Shown here: positions 18,245-25,065 of the stretch, one piece after another
Layout of the letters: every line of letters starts with the position of its first letter
How positions within the stretch are numbered: position 1 is the stretch's first letter
Assembly (NCBI GenBank): GCA_003159675.1
Contig: PLQC01000076.1
Coordinates: 14,899 to 78,898 of the forward strand
DNA from: Limisphaerales bacterium
Lineage (GTDB): Bacteria > Verrucomicrobiota > Verrucomicrobiia > Limisphaerales > BOG-1460
DNA length: 64,000 bases
Direction: 5' to 3'
Made by a program: the position numbers and the translations under genes
The notes under the pieces: generated by a model
Told to the model about the DNA's origin: nothing
Databases searched by the model: none
The model's input: the letters and a program-made list of their open reading frames with translations, nothing else

Positions 18245-19990
18245 TCAAGGTTCGGCCGCGGCCCCAAGCGCCGTGGCGCCTGCACCGCGTCCGGTTTGTC
18301 CCTCATTCGCCTTGCACAGCCTGCCTTGGAGAATCGGCACCGACATGCGGAGGAAAGCCGTATAGCACAGCAACCCGAACGCCCAGATGCCAAAGCAAAC
18401 CAGCGTCTCGTTCAGCGACGGCCGGTATTCGACCATCTCACCCAGGGGCGTCGGGATGAAGCCGGGGATGACGAGGCCCATTCCTTTTTCAATCCAAATG
18501 CCGACGATGCAGAGAACGCAGGTTACGTTCAGCCACCGCAAACTGCGGCTCACCGGCAGGACAAGCAGCACCATCGCGACCAGGTTGAACGCGATGGCTG
18601 TCCAGATCCACGGGACCAGGGCGTGATGGCCGTGCAGGCCGACGTAGAGGTATTTCGATGAGGCGACGTGCAGGTTGCCGGAGTAAAACTCCTTGAACAC
18701 CTCGTTCAGAAGCAGGAACACATTGATGAGCATCGATACCTGCACGATGCTGCGCAGGGTCATCAGGGCGCGATCCGTAATCATCAGCCGCTCGGACATT
18801 CTCGACCGGACAATTTTGTTCACCCGGGGATTTTTCATGAGCCTGCGCAGGGAGTCGGACGAGAGACGCAGAACCAGGCAGGGTTCTTCGGCGACGGCCG
18901 TGGCCGCCCGCGGTGATCCGGCGAGGGCGGAGATCTCGCCAAACTGTTCGCCCGGCCCGACGCTGCGCGTGATCCGGAAGCGACCGCCCTCCTCCCGCTT
19001 CACAACCACCCGCCCTTCCAAAACGAAAAACGCCCTGTCCTCCGTCTCCCCCTGGCGCAGCAGAACATCCCCCGCGCCCGCTTTCAAAACCGTCGCGCCG
19101 CTGAGGATGCCCTCGCGCACCTCCCTGGAGACCGATTCCATCTCGCGCAAATGACAGGCCAGCAGCTCCAGATCGGCGAGCGTGGCGGGGCGGCTCGACG
19201 GCTGCCGTGGACCTGCCGCGCCCTGCCGCGCCCGCGAGGCGTCGGCCGCGGGAGCGGAAGCGGTGACGCGGCGGACCACTTGCATCGCCAGAATGATCAG
19301 AGCCGGGCCGGCGGTGAACGCCGAGGCGAGAAAGCGCGGACCGACAACGGCCGAGTTCCAAAAAGGCCGTCCGCCGAGGCCGACGTAAAGGAACGCCGTC
19401 ACCGTGTGAATTGAAATGGCCCAGACGATGGCAATAAAAACGAACGGAATGTAAAACCACTTGGCCGCCTTCTTCTTTTGATAGCGGCAATACAGCAGGT
19501 AACCGCAGATGTAAACATTCAGCAGGAGGTACCCGTTCAGGACGATCACGTCCCAACTCAACATGGAAGCGGGAAAGTTAAACTGCCCGATCCCCGGGAT
19601 GAGGTGCCAAAAACGGTCGGGCCGGCCCAGGTCCACCGCCACAAACGCCAGACACATGAGGATGGCGGCGACGGCCAGCAGTTCGCCGAAGATCACTAGG
19701 TCGTGCAGCTCCTCATTATTGTAAATGTAAACGGGGATCACCATCATCACCGCCGCCGCCGCCACGCCCACGAGAAAGGTGAAGTTCGCGATATACACCC
19801 CCCACGAAACCTCGTCGCTCATGCCGGTGACAATGAGGCCCTGCGCGAATTGCTTCGCGTAGGCATTCAGGCCCAACAGACAGATGACGGTCAACGCCCC
19901 CATCCAGGCGTAGTACCGCCAGTCGCCCACGAACGCAATGCGGGCGCAGCGCCGCAGAAAAACAAAATAATTCCGAATCGCGCGCGTCAT
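18245..19990 (-). CDS. NrfD/PsrC-family quinone-interacting membrane subunit with an inserted cyclic-nucleotide-binding domain
   Basis: 581 aa with about 10 TM helices. NrfD-like N-terminus, paralogous to 21732-22967. Soluble insert between TM6 and TM7 carries the CAP-type cNMP motif. ATG overlaps the TGA of the ferredoxin gene (ATGA at 19987-19990). Confidence 0.85.
   Translation of the reverse strand: MTRAIRNYFVFLRRCARIAFVGDWRYYAWMGALTVICLLGLNAYAKQFAQGLIVTGMSDEVSWGVYIANFTFLVGVAAAAVMMVIPVYIYNNEELHDLVIFGELLAVAAILMCLAFVAVDLGRPDRFWHLIPGIGQFNFPASMLSWDVIVLNGYLLLNVYICGYLLYCRYQKKKAAKWFYIPFVFIAIVWAISIHTVTAFLYVGLGGRPFWNSAVVGPRFLASAFTAGPALIILAMQVVRRVTASAPAADASRARQGAAGPRQPSSRPATLADLELLACHLREMESVSREVREGILSGATVLKAGAGDVLLRQGETEDRAFFVLEGRVVVKREEGGRFRITRSVGPGEQFGEISALAGSPRAATAVAEEPCLVLRLSSDSLRRLMKNPRVNKIVRSRMSERLMITDRALMTLRSIVQVSMLINVFLLLNEVFKEFYSGNLHVASSKYLYVGLHGHHALVPWIWTAIAFNLVAMVLLVLPVSRSLRWLNVTCVLCIVGIWIEKGMGLVIPGFIPTPLGEMVEYRPSLNETLVCFGIWAFGLLCYTAFLRMSVPILQGRLCKANEGQTGRGAGATALGAAAEP
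18776..19270 (-). other. Insert encoding a cNMP-binding (CAP effector) domain within the NrfD gene (residues about 241-405)
   Basis: GDVLLRQGETEDRAFFVLEGRVVVKREEGGRFRITRSVGPGEQFGEISALAGSPRAATAVAEEPCLVLRL. The phosphate-binding cassette FGE...PRAAT is present. Flanked by low-complexity A/P/R linkers. Confidence 0.8.
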
Positions 19991-20943
19991 ACGTCGAAGT
20001 AGTAAAAGAACCGGGGCGAGGTCCCCATCTCCTCCTTCAGTTGGATGAACACCCTTTTGTTCTTGAGGATATAGGAGACTTCACTGTTGGGATCGAGAAT
20101 GTTGCCGAACTTCCGCGCGCCCGCCGGGCAAACCTCCAGACATGCCGGATAGCGTCCCGCCCGGGTGCGCTGGATGCAGAAGTGGCATTTTTCCATCACC
20201 CCTTGGCGACGCGGACGGTTGCCCAGATACGACATCTCGGGGTTGAGCCGCTCCTTCGGAATGGACGGCTTGGTGAAATTGAAGCGTCGCGCCCAGTAGG
20301 GACACGCCGCTTCACAATAACGGCAGCCGATGCACCAGTCGTAATCGATCACCGTGATGCCATCGGTCTCCTGCCACGTGGCATGGACCGGACAAACCTT
20401 GACGCATGGCGGGTTCTTGCACTGCTGGCACTGCACCGGCATGTAAAAGTAACCTTTCTCCGGAACCGACTCCGGCGCGTAGTTGTGCTCGGCCTTTTCA
20501 ATGTCCAGCGAGCCGTCAGGCAGGCGCAAAACCCGGATGTACTGGATCTCCGGATTCCGCGACTGGTTGTTTTCCGCCACGCACGCGTGAACGCATTTGC
20601 GGCAGCCGATGCAGCGCGTCAGGTTCAGACAATAGACAAACTCCACGCCATCCATCGGCTTCAAGTCCCGCACGTGCGGCCGGATTCCATATTGACGTTC
20701 GACCTCGTTTTCGATGCGTCGGATGACCTTCGCCATGTCGTCCGGGGTCATCTCCTTGTAGTACTTCTGCAGGAACCGTTCGGCGGTCGGAAAATCGTTC
20801 ATCTGGAGCAGCGGCTTCAGGCTGGCGGCCAGCGCGGCCAGACCGGTGGTCAGCACCGCCGAGGTTCTCAAAAAGCTGCGCCGGGTCACCCCGGCGTCGG
20901 CCGGGGCCGCATCTGGAGTGAAGTTGGGCTCGGGGGCTGGCAT
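19987..20943 (-). CDS. Tat-exported 4x[4Fe-4S] ferredoxin subunit (NrfC/PsrB/HybA-like)
   Basis: ATG at 20943, 1 nt after the upstream stop. Twin-arginine signal TRRSFLRTSAV. Cys clusters CIGCRKCVHAC, CQQCKNPPCVKVCP, CIGCRYCEAACP and CHFC...CLEVCP. Confidence 0.85.
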   Translation of the reverse strand: MPAPEPNFTPDAAPADAGVTRRSFLRTSAVLTTGLAALAASLKPLLQMNDFPTAERFLQKYYKEMTPDDMAKVIRRIENEVERQYGIRPHVRDLKPMDGVEFVYCLNLTRCIGCRKCVHACVAENNQSRNPEIQYIRVLRLPDGSLDIEKAEHNYAPESVPEKGYFYMPVQCQQCKNPPCVKVCPVHATWQETDGITVIDYDWCIGCRYCEAACPYWARRFNFTKPSIPKERLNPEMSYLGNRPRRQGVMEKCHFCIQRTRAGRYPACLEVCPAGARKFGNILDPNSEVSYILKNKRVFIQLKEEMGTSPRFFYYFDV

Positions 20944-20944
20944 A

Positions 20945-21727
20945 TCAGCGGCTTGGGTACTGGGCCAGTTTGACGACAGCACCGGTGGGACGAGCGTCCT
21001 CGCGAGCCAAAACCCCAAGTTTTGTTTCCACGGCGGCTCGCCAGGAGTCTCGCCCCACCAAGCTGACCCATTCACTACCGGGATTGGACGGCGTTCCACT
21101 TGATGCGGCCCCCGCCGCCACCGGGCGCAGCAGGTGCGGGCCGGGCGCGGGTTGTCGCGAGGGAAACCGGGGCGAATGAGGGTTGTGACAATTCACGCAC
21201 GCCTTTCGCTGCGCCTCGCCCAGATCCCGGTCCCAGTAGCCGCTGATGCGCCCGTGCGCGCCCGCTTCCCAGTCCCGGTAAGTCGGGCCGTGGCAACTGC
21301 CGCAAAGCGCCGGGCTGTCGGCGAATTTCACCTGGTGGCCGTCCCGGGTTTCCAGCAGCTCGAGGTTGTTTTCGTCGTGACAATTGAAGCAGTTGTTATT
21401 GCGGCCGTGACGCCCATGCCCCATGACAACGTCCGAATGCTCCTTGGGAACGATCAGGTGTTGATCGGCATCAAACCGCAGTCTTGGCGGCTTGCCTCTC
21501 TCATGGCAGGCGTAACAATCGAAATCCGACAGGTCGTCGCCCGCGCGAACCAGATCCGCATACGACCGCCGCACGGTCGCGGTGTCGAGGAAATTCGTGG
21601 CCACCAGTGGAATGGGGTAAAGCAGGGCTGGCTGGCCGCGGAAGTCGAGGAGAAAGCCGGCTGCCAGCGCGACGAAGATCGTCGACAACCCGAACAGCAC
21701 CGCCGAGGTTTTGCTGCCAGGGCTCAT
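20945..21727 (-). CDS. Membrane-anchored tetraheme c-type cytochrome
   Basis: ATG at 21727 (MSPGSKTSAVLFGLSTIFVALAAGFLL anchor). CYACH, CFNCH, CGSCH, CVNCH. Confidence 0.8.
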   Translation of the reverse strand: MSPGSKTSAVLFGLSTIFVALAAGFLLDFRGQPALLYPIPLVATNFLDTATVRRSYADLVRAGDDLSDFDCYACHERGKPPRLRFDADQHLIVPKEHSDVVMGHGRHGRNNNCFNCHDENNLELLETRDGHQVKFADSPALCGSCHGPTYRDWEAGAHGRISGYWDRDLGEAQRKACVNCHNPHSPRFPSRQPAPGPHLLRPVAAGAASSGTPSNPGSEWVSLVGRDSWRAAVETKLGVLAREDARPTGAVVKLAQYPSR

Positions 21728-21731
21728 AGTG

Positions 21732-22967
21732 TCAAGTCGTGGAGCTGCCGTGCGGGGTGTGCCCACTCGTCGGCAGCCGTTCGGACAGAAACAATTTCAC
21801 CAGGACCGTCAAGATCACGAACGGCAGGCCCAGGAGAAGAATCCCCATGAACCAGCCTTCGACGCCGGCGAATTCCATTTTGTAACCCATCACCCCGCGC
21901 AGGCTCTTGGAAAAAAGCTGCCCGCCGATCACGACGTTCCACCGCATCGCCAACACACCGATCAGGATCATGGCCGCGCTGGCGGAAATCATGCGGCGGC
22001 GGACCATTTCCGGCACGCGCCTGCGAAGAAGCTGGAGCGACCCCAGCAATAGAAACGGCACCAGCGTTCCAATCGTCGCCTGCCCGAGGTTCAGGGTATA
22101 AAACAGCTTCTCGCGAATCATGGTCTGCATCACCGAGAACCCCTCCTCGGCCGCGTAAATGCGATGGATCCAGTCCAACCCTTCAACAGCCGCGTCCACG
22201 AGCAACGCGTAGAAGAGGAACATGGCCATGGTGTCCAGGCAACGCATCTCGACGGTGTGGCGCCGAATCCAGGTGAGGACCATGTAGTTGAACACGCAGA
22301 GCGCGATGCCCGACACAATGGCCGAGAGGATGAAGATGATGGGCATGATGGCATTGCCCCACCAGGGGTTGGCTTTGATCGAGCCAAAAATGAAGCCGAC
22401 GTAGCCATGCAGCAAAAACGCCGACGGAATGCCCACAACGGAAAGGATCCGGCCCATCTTCACATCCAGCGCCACGGCCGGCGGCGATACGTCGGTCACG
22501 CCAACGGTGAAGATGCGATAGATAATCCCCTTGAACCCGGCGGTGGTTTTCGACCATTCCACGAGATCCTGCCGGTAATCAAACCAAAGCTCCAGCAGCA
22601 ACACCGCCATCAAGTACCAGGCATAAACGAAGCCAAAGATCGCCATCGGGGAAGTCAGGTGCGGCGTTATCATGATTTCATAACAGCGTTCGGGATGGCC
22701 CAGATGAAACAGCAGGGGCAACGTCGCGCACAGGAGAAACGCCAGGGCCGTCAGCAGCGAGAGCCGGTACACCGGTTCCAGCGCCTTGACTTTGAACACC
22801 CGCACCAGCGATGCCATGATGAACGCGCCCGCAACCAATCCGGTGATGTAGGGGTAGAGCACGATGAGGAAACCCCACAGCGGGTGCGCGGTCGCTTCAT
22901 TGGGATAAACGTAACCTTCGAACCTCGGCAGAACTTCGACAACGATATTGGTCACTTCGCTCGTCAT
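21732..22967 (-). CDS. NrfD/PsrC-family integral membrane subunit (no insert)
   Basis: 411 aa with about 10 TM helices. Follows the ferredoxin gene with a 1-nt gap. Paralog of 18245-19990. Confidence 0.85.
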   Translation of the reverse strand: MTSEVTNIVVEVLPRFEGYVYPNEATAHPLWGFLIVLYPYITGLVAGAFIMASLVRVFKVKALEPVYRLSLLTALAFLLCATLPLLFHLGHPERCYEIMITPHLTSPMAIFGFVYAWYLMAVLLLELWFDYRQDLVEWSKTTAGFKGIIYRIFTVGVTDVSPPAVALDVKMGRILSVVGIPSAFLLHGYVGFIFGSIKANPWWGNAIMPIIFILSAIVSGIALCVFNYMVLTWIRRHTVEMRCLDTMAMFLFYALLVDAAVEGLDWIHRIYAAEEGFSVMQTMIREKLFYTLNLGQATIGTLVPFLLLGSLQLLRRRVPEMVRRRMISASAAMILIGVLAMRWNVVIGGQLFSKSLRGVMGYKMEFAGVEGWFMGILLLGLPFVILTVLVKLFLSERLPTSGHTPHGSSTT

Positions 22968-22968
22968 C

Positions 22969-23778
22969 TCACCTTACCTCCTTGTCCAACCCGGCGTAGA
23001 GGACACGGGGTGCCGTGCCCAGGTACGGCTTGAGCACCTGCACCCGGTTCTGCTCGTAAAACTTCTGGATCGGATCGTCCGGAACCGGATTCAGTAAATC
23101 ACCGAAAATGCGCGCCTGGGTCGGACAGATCTCCGCGCACGCCGGTTTGAGTCCGCGCGTGATCCGGTGATAACACAGCGTGCACTTTTCGGCGGTCTTC
23201 GTCACCGGGCTCAGGAACCGGCAGCCGTAAGGACACGCCTGGATGCAAAAGCCGCAGCCGATGCAGTACTTCGGGTCGATGAGCACCGCGCCGTCGGGCG
23301 CGTCAAACGTCGCCCCGACCGGACACACCTGGACGCAGGGCGAATGCTCGCACAAGTTGCACAGCTTCGGGACGAAAAACGAATGCTCGATCTGATCCCT
23401 GGGCACCGGCGACTCGGGAAATCCGTGCATTCCTCCATCGGGGGAATCCACCAGAGTCTCCCCGCGCGTCTGGCCCGAACCCGGCTTGGGTTTCTGGATG
23501 ATGTAACGCTCGATCCATGTGCGAAAGTAAGGTCCTTCCGGGACGCCGTTTTCCTTCTTGCACGCCTCGGCGCAAAGCCCGCAGCCGATGCACTTGTTGA
23601 CGTCGATGCACATGAGCCATTTATGCTTCGACGGGTCATATCCTCTGGCGGCGCCGGAGGACACGAATACCCTTTGCACCGCCGCCTTGGCGGTGCGCGC
23701 GACCGGCAACGCGAGCACTCCGGCCAAAATGCCGCCCAACCTGGCAAGCGCGCCGCGACGATTGAACTGGGTCTTCAT
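22969..23778 (-). CDS. Tat-exported 4x[4Fe-4S] ferredoxin subunit (NrfC/PsrB/HybA-like)
   Basis: ATG at 23778 overlaps the TGA of the tetraheme gene (ATGA). Signal MKTQFNRRGALARLGG. Clusters CIGCGLCAEAC, CNLCEHSPCVQVCP, CIGCGFCIQACP and CTLC...CAEICP. Confidence 0.85.
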   Translation of the reverse strand: MKTQFNRRGALARLGGILAGVLALPVARTAKAAVQRVFVSSGAARGYDPSKHKWLMCIDVNKCIGCGLCAEACKKENGVPEGPYFRTWIERYIIQKPKPGSGQTRGETLVDSPDGGMHGFPESPVPRDQIEHSFFVPKLCNLCEHSPCVQVCPVGATFDAPDGAVLIDPKYCIGCGFCIQACPYGCRFLSPVTKTAEKCTLCYHRITRGLKPACAEICPTQARIFGDLLNPVPDDPIQKFYEQNRVQVLKPYLGTAPRVLYAGLDKEVR

Positions 23779-24281
23779 GGGCTTTGGGTCGGTTGATGCG
23801 GAATGTGGCACTCGGTGCACTTTCCGCTGTAATGATCCTTCACGACGATCTGCTTGAACCACGCCGGCCGGGAAGGGTTGGCTTCGTGACACCGGATGCA
23901 ATGGCTGCCCGTCAGTTTCACCGGCAATATATCCGGGTCGTCGGCATGGGTCCGGCTCACACCGTGGCAGGCTTCGCAGGAAAGCGTCTTGTGCGCATCC
24001 CCGGCAAGCTTGTGCAGGATGTCGGAATGACACTCGTCGCACGCTTTCTTGCCCGCATAAACCGGAGTCCGCGCCGCCAGTTCCTCCAGCGCCGCACCGC
24101 GATACCAGCCATACTGCCCGAATGTCGCCGGCGTCAGGAACACGCGAGCGACCATGTAGGACCCCACAATGGCCAATGTCAGCAACACCAGCCGAAGAAT
24201 CTGGGGCGGCATTTGAAAGCGGCGCATGAGCGTTGGCCCTCTGGAATCGCTTCTCTGGTTGAAGAAGGGGTTGCCGCTCAA
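23775..24281 (-). CDS. Membrane-anchored tetraheme c-type cytochrome
   Basis: 168-aa ORF; alternative starts at 24227 or 24212. TM anchor ILRLVLLTLAIVGSYMVARVFL. CDECH, CEACH, CIRCH, CTECH. Confidence 0.8.
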   Translation of the reverse strand: MSGNPFFNQRSDSRGPTLMRRFQMPPQILRLVLLTLAIVGSYMVARVFLTPATFGQYGWYRGAALEELAARTPVYAGKKACDECHSDILHKLAGDAHKTLSCEACHGVSRTHADDPDILPVKLTGSHCIRCHEANPSRPAWFKQIVVKDHYSGKCTECHIPHQPTQSP

Positions 24282-24370
24282 AACAAATCACCGCCCTGTC
24301 CCCGCAGCCCATCACTTCCCCTGCAACGCCCAGCCAGCGGGGCCGGCAACCCTCTTCCCCTCCATCCGGG

Positions 24371-24700
24371 CTACTTCTGCAAACCGCGGACGTACTGAAC
24401 CAATGCCTTGATCTCGTCGCCGGACAAATCTACAAAAGGCTTCATCAGCGTCTTGTCGTCCTTGTCCTTGACACCTTCCTTGATCGCCTTGGTCGCGGCG
24501 TCATCCTTCAGCTCCGCCTGAACCTTGGCGTCCGTGAAATCCTTCACGCCAAGCTTCTGGCCCATTTTCGTCTGGCCCTTGCCATCGGCGCCGTGGCATT
24601 TGGCGCACAGCTTGTCCCAGTTCTCTTTTGCATCCCCGGCCCTGGCAGACAGGGCCGCGGTAAACCCAATGATTGTTACAAGTATGATTGCTTTCTTCAT
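24371..24700 (-). CDS. Monoheme class I cytochrome c (periplasmic), paralog of 17080-17412
   Basis: ATG at 24700 (MKKAIILVTIIGFTAALSARA signal). GGAG lies 9 nt upstream. CAKCH and TLMKP present. Confidence 0.85.
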   Translation of the reverse strand: MKKAIILVTIIGFTAALSARAGDAKENWDKLCAKCHGADGKGQTKMGQKLGVKDFTDAKVQAELKDDAATKAIKEGVKDKDDKTLMKPFVDLSGDEIKALVQYVRGLQK

Positions 24701-25065
24701 GTTCGTTAACTCCAACTCTGTTGGTGCGATGTTCGGCGCATTGGTGCGCCCGCTTCAGGCACAGCGTCGGCGACCGGCCGGAGATCGACTACCCATGTTT
24801 TGGCCAATGTTTCGCATTCTTTGTGGTGGACAGGCTAAGTTTGGGTGTATCCGCATCGCCGGATGACCCGAACGGAGCCATTGTGGCTCGAATGCTGGGC
24901 GGCGGGTGGGTTCGTGTCGAAGCAGGTCGCCAGCGGCGGGTGAACGTGGCTTGTTCCAGAGCAATCAATTTCAATCCTGACCGGCAGGATGGGGACGGAA
25001 TTGCCTTCCGGAGAGCGCGACCTGAAAATCGCGGCTGCGGGCGGTGGCTCGGGATGGCGGTGATC

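Noticed and set aside
18245-24281. Interpretation as Alternative Complex III or as a polysulfide/tetrathionate-type reductase
   Set aside because: No molybdopterin-like (ActB1/PsrA/TtrA) domain is present, there is no ActD/E/F-like gene set, and the ferredoxins are short (about 270-320 aa). The architecture fits catalytic-subunit-less NrfBCD/DsrJOP/Cbc-like modules better.
23779-24315. N-terminal extension of the ferredoxin ORF (track ORF 22969-24315)
   Set aside because: The extension overlaps the tetraheme cytochrome gene in another frame. The Tat signal begins at the ATG at 23778, which forms an ATGA overlap with the upstream stop.
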